A stretch of 64,000 bases of DNA. Source: an uncultured Bacteriovoracaceae bacterium. Its GTDB lineage: Bacteria; Bdellovibrionota; UBA2428. A program made the position numbers and the translations under genes. The DNA is taken from contig CAYZFQ010000001.1 in the NCBI GenBank assembly GCA_964477895.1, forward strand, positions 343,750-407,749. Reading direction: 5' to 3'. The notes under the pieces are model-generated. The model worked only from the letters and a program-made list of their open reading frames with translations, was not told where the DNA came from and did not search any database. How positions within the stretch are numbered: the first letter of the stretch is position 1; each line of letters starts with the position of its first letter. Below, piece after piece: positions 19,928 through 28,478 of this stretch.

Positions 19928-20931
19928 TCTTGAATTTCTCCGGCCAGATTTTTTTCAAATAATTTACGAAAAGGTTCCAGTGAGTAACCACGGCCAAGGA
20001 GGACCATCATTTTTACCAGGGCCGTTTCCCAGGTCATGTCACCTGCCGAAATCGCGCCCGACTCTGCGGCGGCTCTCCCGGTTTCATAGAGGGATAGATT
20101 CACGGAGCCGAAGAGAGCTTGAGAGCAGATTACAGTGGGGATTCCGCGTTCCGTGAGACTACGAATAAAGTGAAGAACGGATTTTTCTTCCATGGGGATG
20201 TCGCCCGGGCCAAAGGCTTGGAGCAGGACACCCTTAATTCCGCTGTGAATGAGTTTCAAAAATACCTCGGCGTCCACACCTGGAAAAAGAGTGAGGCACA
20301 ACACGCTGGTTTCAATTCGCGGGTCAAAGCTGTAAGGTCCTCGCGGAAGGGGAGAGTTATTGTACTCTGTTTTCACTCCCACCTTAGCCAGGGCGGGAAG
20401 ATTGGGGCTTTCAAAGGCACTGAAGCTCGGAATGGAAACTTTTTTGCTGCGATTTCCACGTATCAAAACAGAATCAAAAAAAACGCAAACCTCTTTCACT
20501 ACGGCTTCAGCGGCGATCTCAACAGCATAGAGAAGATTTCGGGGCGCATCAGACTTGGGATCTTCTAGTGGTCTTTGGGCCCCCGTTAAAATCACGGGCT
20601 TGGGCACGTTCTGCAGCATGAAACTCAAGGCGGCTGCCGTGAACGACATCGTATCGGTTCCGTGGGTAATTACAAAAGCGTCCCACTCATTCATTTGGCT
20701 GTGAAGCTTTTTGCCGAGTTCAATCCAATCTCGAGGCACCATATTGCTGGAGTCTTTGTTGAAAAGAATTTCAAAGTGAATGTGCGCGATGTCAAAAATA
20801 CGTGGCACGTATTTGCGTAGAGCCATTAAGAAGTTCTCGGCGCCGGCGCTGCCGGACAAAGTCATGCCGATGGTGCCACCCGTGTGTAAAATGCAAATAC
20901 GTTTTTTGGCAGACTGCTTAATTACGGACAT
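19924..20931 (-). CDS. ansA: L-asparaginase type I
   Basis: HTGGTIGM, DSSNM, THGTDTM, LTGAQ; no signal peptide. Confidence 0.93.
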   Translation of the reverse strand: MSVIKQSAKKRICILHTGGTIGMTLSGSAGAENFLMALRKYVPRIFDIAHIHFEILFNKDSSNMVPRDWIELGKKLHSQMNEWDAFVITHGTDTMSFTAAALSFMLQNVPKPVILTGAQRPLEDPKSDAPRNLLYAVEIAAEAVVKEVCVFFDSVLIRGNRSKKVSIPSFSAFESPNLPALAKVGVKTEYNNSPLPRGPYSFDPRIETSVLCLTLFPGVDAEVFLKLIHSGIKGVLLQAFGPGDIPMEEKSVLHFIRSLTERGIPTVICSQALFGSVNLSLYETGRAAAESGAISAGDMTWETALVKMMVLLGRGYSLEPFRKLFEKNLAGEIQE

Positions 20932-21349
20932 TGGAAATATCCTTAAATATGGCTTTCATTAAATCGCGGCGCGACACCACCCCCATTAGTTTTTTTCGAT
21001 CGTCCACCACCGGGAATCGTTTCACTCGATATTTAACAAGTAGAAGGAGCACATCTCGAAAGGGGGCCTTCAGGGGAATGGTTTTCGCAGGCTTGGAATA
21101 GGTGATGGGGCCATCGAGTTTCTGTCCGGCTCCCTGCAGCATGGCATCGAGCTCTGAATAGACTCCCAAAACAGTTTCGCTCTCGTCTACCACAACGAGT
21201 CCGCTGATTTTGTGATTGATCATCATTTCCATGGCGTGGCGAATGGTGGTGCTGGGCGTGGCGTAGATAACTTTCCGCGACATGAAATGAGAGATAGGAG
21301 TGAGGGCTAACTCAGTGGAGATGGGGGGAAGGGAGCTGGAATCGACCAT
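20918..21349 (-). CDS. CBS-pair domain protein
   Basis: Two CBS repeats (ISGLVVVD..LGVYSELD; RFPVVD..MGVVSRRD). Confidence 0.9.
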   Translation of the reverse strand: MVDSSSLPPISTELALTPISHFMSRKVIYATPSTTIRHAMEMMINHKISGLVVVDESETVLGVYSELDAMLQGAGQKLDGPITYSKPAKTIPLKAPFRDVLLLLVKYRVKRFPVVDDRKKLMGVVSRRDLMKAIFKDISNVRN

Positions 21350-21430
21350 AGGGTCTTTTTAACCGATAGAAATTCTTTTTTCGCCGTGGGGATGTTACTT
21401 TATTTCTTAGGGCAAAGAGGGGATGGGGTG

Positions 21431-21835
21431 ATGGTCGCTAAAGGTAATAAACTAAGTACGGCGATGATCTTCACTCGTTCTGAGGAAAATGCAGCTTTGT
21501 TGCAGTCATTGCTGGAAAAAGAAGGGGTGCGTCTTTTGGAGTGGGTGGCGTCAGGAGTGAACTGGGCGGATGCCTGGACCAAGCATAAGCCGCAGCTCAT
21601 TATTGTGGATTTGCACCTTCCCAGACGCGATGGGTTGTTTTGTTTGGAGAAGCTGAGGGGACTAGATCCAGATTGTAATGTCATTCTCACCCATGCCTAT
21701 CTGGGCCAGATGGCCAACCAGTTGGAAATTTTAGCTTTGGCTAAGGGCGCGGAAGCCGTTTTGCAGCGACCTTTTACTGCGGCAAGATTTTCAAACACTC
21801 TTGCGCGGGTGGCCCGAAAAGTGGCGATGTCTTAG
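21431..21835 (+). CDS. Stand-alone receiver-domain protein (atypical)
   Basis: PQLIIVDLHLPRRDG, VILT, GAEAVLQRPF; N-terminal acidic pair and conserved Lys are altered. Confidence 0.75.
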   Translation: MVAKGNKLSTAMIFTRSEENAALLQSLLEKEGVRLLEWVASGVNWADAWTKHKPQLIIVDLHLPRRDGLFCLEKLRGLDPDCNVILTHAYLGQMANQLEILALAKGAEAVLQRPFTAARFSNTLARVARKVAMS

Positions 21836-21862
21836 GGGCGCAAGGCATAGTCAGTTTTCTTT

Positions 21863-22477
21863 CTAGGAAAAGCCCAGCGAAATAAGATTTTGTTCCGCCC
21901 GAAGCTGTGCAATTTTTTGCAGCATCTCGTGCGCACTCAAGCGGTCAATTCCCAATAAATCCAAACGATTTTTCATTACGTAATTTTTTATCCCGACATA
22001 GTCCTTCCCCCACTCTACAATGCGAGTAAAGGGCCGGGCCTGCCAAAAATGTTTAAGTGAAGAAGCTTTTCTCCAGGCTCTACCTTTCTGAGCATCAAGA
22101 ATAGTGCGGGCCAAAATCCCGCTAAGAGCGCGGATAAATCTGCGATAAGCGTAAATAGACTTGGGCTGAATCACAAGATGGACATGGTCGTGAGCCACTG
22201 CGATATCTCGAAGTTGCACTAGGGTTTTATTTCCCACATCCCTAGTGATTTTCTCAATCTGACTCGCCATTAAGATAAGACTCGTGACACCTCCGACGTT
22301 GGAGGTGGAAAGCTTCATCCACGCCGATTTCATCACCAAATGCATAGGCCGCTTCACGGCAATAGGACGAGCGGTGCGGGGATTGCCTTTGGCTTTCCCC
22401 GCACCTCCAAAAGCCTGCGACTTTTTCCAATCAAATCCGGGGAGAGGTATTTGAACGGATCGAGCTGCGAACTTCAT
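21863..22477 (-). mobile_element. HUH/Y1 tyrosine transposase, REP-associated (RAYT/IS200-like)
   Basis: MHLVMKS, HDHVHL (HUH), FWQARPFTRIV and catalytic-helix YVMKN; no tnpB alongside. Confidence 0.75.
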
Positions 22478-22677
22478 AAGGACTTTCTACTCCAATATTT
22501 TACCAATGTAAATGACATCGCTGAAAATAGTTTGACGGCTGTTTTTTACTCCGTATTTTGTATGGTCTAAAAATGGAATTTTGTTCGGCGCTAACCCATC
22601 TTGGTTTTTTTTCTGATTGGGGGGTCTTCACTTTGATGTTGTTGAGGCACTTGCGCGGTTCCCCCGATCCTCTGCAG

Positions 22678-22713
22678 GGTGGGTGACGTGTGCAAAAAGT
22701 TCTCTGACGCCTT
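22678..22713 (-). repeat. 36-bp dispersed imperfect palindrome, copy 2 (candidate REP)
   Basis: Reverse complement aaggcgtcagagaactttttgcacacgtcacccacc matches 9546-9581; 200 bp from the RAYT start. Confidence 0.75.
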
Positions 22714-22721
22714 CTAAAACT

Positions 22722-22764
22722 AAAAAACCAGCGGGCCAGGATTTTGAAGTCCTGGCGCCGCTGG
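22722..22764 (-). terminator. Intrinsic terminator (distal) downstream of flagellin
   Basis: Minus strand ccagcggcgccagga..tcctggcccgctgg followed by a T6 run. Confidence 0.75.
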
Positions 22765-22780
22765 CACGATGTTTCGGGCG

Positions 22781-22801
22781 AAAAAATCCGTCTCCGACGG
22801 A
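22781..22801 (-). terminator. Intrinsic terminator (proximal) downstream of flagellin
   Basis: Minus strand tccgtc-gga-gacgga followed by TTTTTT. Confidence 0.55.
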
Positions 22802-22909
22802 CACTCCGTTCCTTTAAGTTAGAGCTAAAGAAGGGAGGTTCTCCAACCCCGTCCTACTGGACAGAGTGCAAGTCGGTGGACCTCCCGCCCAAACCAAATT
22901 GGGCCTTAG

Positions 22910-23737
22910 TTACAAGAGCTTCAGAGCAAGTCCAGTGCTTTGGTTCGCTTGAGCCAAAGTTGCTACACCGGCGTTCTGAAGAATTGAAGTCTTGGCAAGC
23001 TCGGCCGACTCTACAGCCAAGTCAGCGTCCTTGATTCGGCTGTTCGCTGCCGACAAGTTCTCACGGTAAACTTCGATGTTGTTAATTGTAGAGCTCATTC
23101 GGCTTTGAACCGCACCGAAGTTAGAGCGCATTCCGGCTACCTTTGCGATGGCTTCTTCAACGCTATCCAAAGTGTCGCGAGCCGAAGACTTGGAATCTAC
23201 AGATATGCCCGATACCCCAAGTGACGACACTGTAGCGTTAGCTTTGCTGGCGTCGTAAGTGATGCGGTTATTTTCGCTACCACGAATACCTACTTGGAAG
23301 TCGAGTTCGCTAGCGCTTCCGTCCAGCAATTTGGTTCCGGAATATTCGGTAGTTTGGGCGATCCGTTCCATTTCTTGTTTGAGTTGTTGCACTTCGATGT
23401 TTACGAAGCCACGTTCTTTTTCGCCGATAGTATCGGAAGCGGCTTGAGTGGCCAATTCACGAAGTCGAACCAAGATGTTCGAAGTTTCGCTCAGTCCACC
23501 TTCTGCCACTTGCACGAAAGAAATACCGTCTTGGGCGTTACGTTGTGCTTGGCCGAAGGCTCTGATCGATCCGCGCATTTGTTCGGAGATCGCGAGGCCG
23601 GCCACGTCGTCCATCGACTTGTTGATGCGATAGCCAGAAGACAGACGCTCCATGGCTTTCTCTAATCCTGAACCGTTTTGGCGCAGGTTGCGTTGCGCGT
23701 TCACGCTCGCAATGTTTGTTTGAATTCTCAGACCCAT
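22910..23737 (-). CDS. fliC: Flagellin (short, 275 aa)
   Basis: LRIQTNIAS, RLSSGYRIN, and C-terminal SRIKDAD..LAQANQ; lacks large D2/D3 domains. Confidence 0.97.
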   Translation of the reverse strand: MGLRIQTNIASVNAQRNLRQNGSGLEKAMERLSSGYRINKSMDDVAGLAISEQMRGSIRAFGQAQRNAQDGISFVQVAEGGLSETSNILVRLRELATQAASDTIGEKERGFVNIEVQQLKQEMERIAQTTEYSGTKLLDGSASELDFQVGIRGSENNRITYDASKANATVSSLGVSGISVDSKSSARDTLDSVEEAIAKVAGMRSNFGAVQSRMSSTINNIEVYRENLSAANSRIKDADLAVESAELAKTSILQNAGVATLAQANQSTGLALKLL

Positions 23738-23846
23738 AAAAAACCCTCCCTAAAACTCTGGGCACCATGCTCAGAGTTGTTTTCGATTGGGATGCTGGGT
23801 TGAGGCTTTGGGCCTCTAACGCATCGCATCAAAAACTGATATACCG

Positions 23847-23873
23847 GGATCGGCAGAGGGCGAAAAATCTTTA
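23847..23873 (-). promoter_or_regulatory. Sigma28 (FliA) promoter of flagellin 22910-23737
   Basis: TAAA-N15-GCCGATCC. Confidence 0.8.
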
Positions 23874-23955
23874 ATGCATTGCGTTGTGAATGGGCGGGGG
23901 GTTGGTGCGAAGTGCTGTGAGTTCAGCAACTTAAAGAATTATATAAAGTTTGTGT

Positions 23956-24013
23956 AAAAAAAAGACCCACCCCCAGGAACCCCTTTAAAGGGGTTCCCGA
24001 GGGTGGGTCTTTT
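23956..24013 (-). terminator. Long-stem intrinsic terminator after flagellin 24060-24893
   Basis: aaaagacccaccc..ggaacccctttaaaggggttcc..gggtgggtctttt; A/T runs on both sides. Confidence 0.85.
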
Positions 24014-24059
24014 AGATCTGATTAGAAAATTGAGTCCGCCAGAGGCGGACCCATCACAA

Positions 24060-24893
24060 TCAACCGATTAACTTCAGAGCCATTCCAGTGTTCTGGTTGG
24101 CTTGAGCTAATACCGAAGTCGAAGCTTGAGTCTTCACGGTGTCACGAGTCAGGCTCGCAGTCACATCCGAGAAGTCAGTATCACGAATTCGGCTCTTAGC
24201 AGCGCTGAAGTTCTCGATCGCAACTTCCGTGTTGTTGATCGTAGAACCTAAACGGTTTTGAAGGGCACCGAGGTTAGCACGATTGCTGTTCAACACGATC
24301 AGCGATTTATCGAGAGCATCCAAGTTGCTTTGAGCAGCTTGTTTGGTTCCGATATCAACTTTGCTCAGGCCAAGCGAATCCAAAGTCACGTTGGTTTCGC
24401 CAGGATTGTAGCTAATACGGTCCAAGAATTCGTCGTTCTTCACACCGATTTGAAACTCAAGCTTTTCGCCTTCTCCGCGAAGAAGGGGCGTGCCGTTATA
24501 CTCAGTAGACTGAGCAATTCGTTGCACTTCAAGTTTCAATTGTTGGGCTTCACGGTTGAGGTATTCGCGCTCTTTTAATCCGATAGTGTCGGAAGCGGCT
24601 TGTACGCTCAACTCACGAAGACGAACGATCATGTTAGAAATTTCGTTCATGCCACCTTCGGCCACTTGAACGAAAGAGATACCGTCTTGAGCGTTACGCG
24701 CTGATTGACGGAAGCTTCGGATGTTGGCATTCAAGTTCTCGCTGATCGCAAGACCTGCCGCATCGTCGGCTGATTTGTTGATTCGCGAACCGGAAGAGAG
24801 TTTCTCATATCCAGACGCTAGTTCGGCTTGGTTCGTACGCAAGTTTCTTTGCGCGTTGATGGCCGACATGTTTGTATTAATTCGCATTCCCAT
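24060..24893 (-). CDS. fliC: Flagellin (short, 277 aa)
   Basis: MRINTNMSA, LSSGSRINKSADDAAGLAISE, SRIRDTD; SD AGGAG; start at ATG 24893. Confidence 0.97.
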   Translation of the reverse strand: MGMRINTNMSAINAQRNLRTNQAELASGYEKLSSGSRINKSADDAAGLAISENLNANIRSFRQSARNAQDGISFVQVAEGGMNEISNMIVRLRELSVQAASDTIGLKEREYLNREAQQLKLEVQRIAQSTEYNGTPLLRGEGEKLEFQIGVKNDEFLDRISYNPGETNVTLDSLGLSKVDIGTKQAAQSNLDALDKSLIVLNSNRANLGALQNRLGSTINNTEVAIENFSAAKSRIRDTDFSDVTASLTRDTVKTQASTSVLAQANQNTGMALKLIG

Positions 24894-25238
24894 TTTTAGT
24901 CTCCTGTATAAAGGTTCATAATTTTCCTTCCGTGTATAATTTCCAGGTGGAGCGTCCTGCCGGGACATCTCGCTTCATCCGAACCTGGGCTGCCATCAGT
25001 GGCATGTGGTTAAAGGTCAAAAAAAATTTTTAGGTCTATGACCGCCGCAAATGAATACTTCACTCGCAGAGTCCATCCTTAGCCCGAACAAAATGTTCTC
25101 AGTCTTCCGAACCCCCTTTCTCTCTGACCCGTAACCGCGTGCACCTTTAGGCTGTGAGCCTCGAGGAGCGTTTAGCGCCACGGAATCTTCAAGCTGAACC
25201 GAGAAAGTTTTTTGACGACTTTTCTCGATACATAGTGT

Positions 25239-25265
25239 CTATCGGGAAATTGACGCTGAACTTTA
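25239..25265 (-). promoter_or_regulatory. Sigma28 promoter about 340 nt upstream of flagellin 24893
   Basis: TAAA-N15-CCCGATAG. Confidence 0.7.
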
Positions 25266-25370
25266 GGCAAAAACGAAAGAATTTCAGTGTTTTAAGGCGA
25301 GTTTTGTAATGCTGCGCGTAAAGTGCTCACAATCATTGTTGCTTTGCCTCGCTGACGATATGCTGAAAGA

Positions 25371-26237
25371 GTGAATCTGCAGCACATTTCAGTCTTGTTG
25401 GACGAGATTTTGGACTCAGTGCCGTCAAAATCTATGGGTTCTTACTTAGATCTCACGGCAGGTGGGGGCGGTCATTTAGCCGGAGTCTTAAAAAAATGTC
25501 CGACTTGGCTCGCGGAGGCCTGGGACCAAGACCCCTTGGCTGAAGCTCGCATCCGCCAACGCATCGGCAAACACTCTGGATTTGATTTTAAACTTAAAAA
25601 CTTTCGCGAAGAGCCGCGTGATGGGAAAAAGTACACCTACATTTTGGCTGATCTCGGGATTTCTTCCTTTCAGGTAGATGATCCAGAGCGCGGAATGAGT
25701 TTGTTTTCCGACCAACAACCAGACTTTCGTATGAACCCGCAAAAGGGTGAGAATTTTCTCACCTGGTTGAGGACAAAGAGTATAGAAGAGCTCAGGGCGA
25801 TCTTCGAAAATTTTGGCGAAGAGCCCCGGGCTGAGAAATTGGCTTCCGCGATGAAGTCGTGGGCCCCAGATTCTTTTCAATCCTCCAAAATTTTGGCGCA
25901 GAAAATTGCCGACACTCTTTCCTATAAAAGTCCTAGCCGTAATCATCCCGCAACCCGGGCTTTTCAGGCCCTGCGCATGGCGATAAATGGGGAGTTAGAT
26001 GCCCTCAAAGAGCTCTTGGACTGGGCTCCACAGGCCCTAGAGTTGGGGGGGCGCTTGGCTATCATCACCTTTCACTCTCTCGAAGATCGGCTGGTAAAAA
26101 ATCGCTTTCGTCGCTTGGCCCAAGAAGGCTCCTTCGTTATTCTAACAAAGAAGCCTGTGCTGCCTTCTTTGAGGGAGCTTGAGGAGAATCCTCGGTCTCG
26201 GAGTGCGAAATTGCGTATTCTTGAGCGGGGCGCCTGA
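25371..26237 (+). CDS. rsmH: 16S rRNA m4C1402 methyltransferase RsmH
   Basis: HISVLLDE, DLTAGGGGH, DLGISSFQ, HPATRAFQALR, ITFHSLEDR, NPRSRSAKLR. Confidence 0.97.
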   Translation: MNLQHISVLLDEILDSVPSKSMGSYLDLTAGGGGHLAGVLKKCPTWLAEAWDQDPLAEARIRQRIGKHSGFDFKLKNFREEPRDGKKYTYILADLGISSFQVDDPERGMSLFSDQQPDFRMNPQKGENFLTWLRTKSIEELRAIFENFGEEPRAEKLASAMKSWAPDSFQSSKILAQKIADTLSYKSPSRNHPATRAFQALRMAINGELDALKELLDWAPQALELGGRLAIITFHSLEDRLVKNRFRRLAQEGSFVILTKKPVLPSLRELEENPRSRSAKLRILERGA

Positions 26238-26265
26238 GGACCAGGATCAAAAGGGGGATGGGATT

Positions 26266-26553
26266 TTGAGACCTTGGTTAAAATTGTGTTCTTTTTTTCT
26301 GCTGTGCGTGGTCTTTCTTCTTTTTCATATTTGGACTCGCACCAAAGTTGTGGAGCTAAGTTACCGCAGCGCCGGGGTGCAGAAATCGGTTCAAAGCCTC
26401 GAAGCAAAGCTTATTCGTCTGCAAAGTGAACGTAGTCGGCAGCGAAGCGGAGAAAATCTAGAAGCCTGGGTGAGGCGCTATTCAGCCAAAGGGTTGATTT
26501 TTGAGAACCCAAAGCCCGAGCAAATACATTACTTTTCCACTGAGAGTCTATGA
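26266..26553 (+). CDS. ftsL: Cell division protein FtsL-like
   Basis: Single TM then coiled coil, between rsmH and ftsI; TTG start inferred. Confidence 0.75.
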   Translation: MRPWLKLCSFFLLCVVFLLFHIWTRTKVVELSYRSAGVQKSVQSLEAKLIRLQSERSRQRSGENLEAWVRRYSAKGLIFENPKPEQIHYFSTESL

Positions 26554-28478
26554 TTCGGATTCGCTTGTATATTCTCAGTGGCTTCTTTGTGGGAATTTTT
26601 GCCCTTATTCTTTTCCGATCTTTTCAATTGCAACTTTTGCCTCACGAAAAGATAGAGGCTCTGGCCCGACGTCAATCTTCTCAAAAAATTGAAATCGCGG
26701 GACGGCGTGGGCCCATTAGCGATCGAGAAGGGCGCATTCTGGCCGTTTCTGTGAATTCTCAGTCACTCTTTGCCCACCCTCATCAAATTGCAAATCCTCA
26801 AAAAACTGCGCGCGCCCTCGCTCGCAAATTGGGATTGTCGGAGCGCCACATCTTGAACCGACTTAAGGAAAATCCCGAAAAAAGATTTGTTTGGCTTTCC
26901 CGTCAGCTTTCCAATCGTCAGCTTCAGAACTTATCCAAAATGAATCTGAAAAATTATCCTGGCATAGGTGTGGTGCAGGAATATCGTCGGGAATACCCGC
27001 GGGAAACTCTAGCTTCTCATATCCTGGGCTTTGTATCCTTAGACGGCAAAGGACTTGAGGGAATCGAAAAAAAGTTTGATGCTCAGTTGCAGGGCGAAGC
27101 CTCTGAGCTGAGTTTCAAGAGAGATGCCAAGGGCCGTGCACTTTTTCTGAGTTCTGAAAAACGCGATAGTCTTAGCCATGCCGGTCAATCGGTGGAGCTC
27201 TCGATCGACGCCAACCTCCAAGCTTCTACGGAACGGGCTTTGGCTCGGTCCGTAGCAAAATTTTCGGCCAACGGTGGGATTGCCATTGTGATGGAACCCA
27301 ACAGCGGTGAGATTCTTGCGATGGCCGTAAGCCCCGGATTCAATCCTAACGAAGCGGGAAAATTTGCAGCCGAACAGCGTCGCAACCGCAGCATCACCGA
27401 CCCCATTGAGCCCGGAAGTGTGGTGAAGCCCCTGGTGGTGGCCAAAGCCATCGAAGATAAAATTGTCACAGAAAAAAGTTTAATCAATGCCGGCCAAGGC
27501 TTTGTTCGGGTAGGTCGTAAAACAATTGGCGAGGCGGATGCAAAACATCGTTTTGACCGCGTAAGTATTGCAGATCTGATTCGAGTCTCGAGCAATGTGG
27601 GGACGGTTTTTCTACAGCAGAAAATGGGTTTTGAGAAAGTCGAAGAGATTTTTTTACGACTGGGTTTTAATAAATCGACGGGGCTTGAGGTGCCCGGCGA
27701 ATCTCGCGGACTTTTTAAGCCCGTGGGGCGCAATCAATTGCTCGAACAAGCGACAATGAGTTTTGGCCAAGGTTTTGCGATTACGCCGATGCAGATTATC
27801 AAGGCCTACGCGCCTCTAGCTAACGGAGGTTTTAATATCCAACCTCGTTTGGTCAAAAACGCTCCTTTGGCAGAGGGTGGAGTGCCCGACCGAGTTTTCT
27901 CTGAGTCCACGGTTGTAGCTATGCGAAAAATTTTAGAGCGGGTGGTGCAAGACGAAGGCACGGGCGTTCAGGCCAAAGTTGAGAATTTTTCTGTGGCTGG
28001 GAAAACCGGAACTTCCCAAAAAGTAGATTTCAAGAATGGTGGGTATAAAAGTGGGGCGTACTGGTCGTCCTTTGTGGGCTTCTTACCGTCTCAAAAGCCT
28101 CGATTTTTAATCTACACGATGATCGACGAAGCTCGGGGCCTTGAGTACTACGGAGGGCAAGTTGCAGCCCCTCTCTTTTCGGAGATCGCTCGGGATGCCT
28201 TGCGGCTGATACCCGAAAAACGAACTCCCCCTAAAGCCCAGGCAGGAGTTCAGTTGGCAAAAAAAAATAAGAAGGTTCTTCCCGAGGCAAGACCTCCGCT
28301 GATGGAGAAGGATGGCCCAGAATCTTTGCAGGAATTGCCGCTTCGCCAGGCTTTGCGAAAGTTAGAAGGTCATAAGGCGCGAGTGGAAATTCTCAACGTG
28401 GGAACCAAGGTCGACACAGCCGAGTATATTTACGACAAAAATTCGGAGCTCACCAAGGTCCGACTCAGGCTACGGTAA
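26550..28478 (+). CDS. ftsI: Class B penicillin-binding protein (FtsI/PBP3)
   Basis: RGPISDR, EPGSVVKP (SxxK), SSN, GKTGT. Confidence 0.95.
   Translation: MIRIRLYILSGFFVGIFALILFRSFQLQLLPHEKIEALARRQSSQKIEIAGRRGPISDREGRILAVSVNSQSLFAHPHQIANPQKTARALARKLGLSERHILNRLKENPEKRFVWLSRQLSNRQLQNLSKMNLKNYPGIGVVQEYRREYPRETLASHILGFVSLDGKGLEGIEKKFDAQLQGEASELSFKRDAKGRALFLSSEKRDSLSHAGQSVELSIDANLQASTERALARSVAKFSANGGIAIVMEPNSGEILAMAVSPGFNPNEAGKFAAEQRRNRSITDPIEPGSVVKPLVVAKAIEDKIVTEKSLINAGQGFVRVGRKTIGEADAKHRFDRVSIADLIRVSSNVGTVFLQQKMGFEKVEEIFLRLGFNKSTGLEVPGESRGLFKPVGRNQLLEQATMSFGQGFAITPMQIIKAYAPLANGGFNIQPRLVKNAPLAEGGVPDRVFSESTVVAMRKILERVVQDEGTGVQAKVENFSVAGKTGTSQKVDFKNGGYKSGAYWSSFVGFLPSQKPRFLIYTMIDEARGLEYYGGQVAAPLFSEIARDALRLIPEKRTPPKAQAGVQLAKKNKKVLPEARPPLMEKDGPESLQELPLRQALRKLEGHKARVEILNVGTKVDTAEYIYDKNSELTKVRLRLR

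Noticed and set aside
21863-22477. Complete IS200/IS605 insertion sequence
   Set aside because: No tnpB and no clear subterminal hairpins at both ends; treated as a RAYT-like solo gene
25100-25200. c-di-GMP-I riboswitch in the flagellin leader
   Set aside because: Only fragments (gcctaaa, gcggttac) resemble it; the GNRA-capped P2 and GCAAA core are not evident. An Rfam scan would settle it
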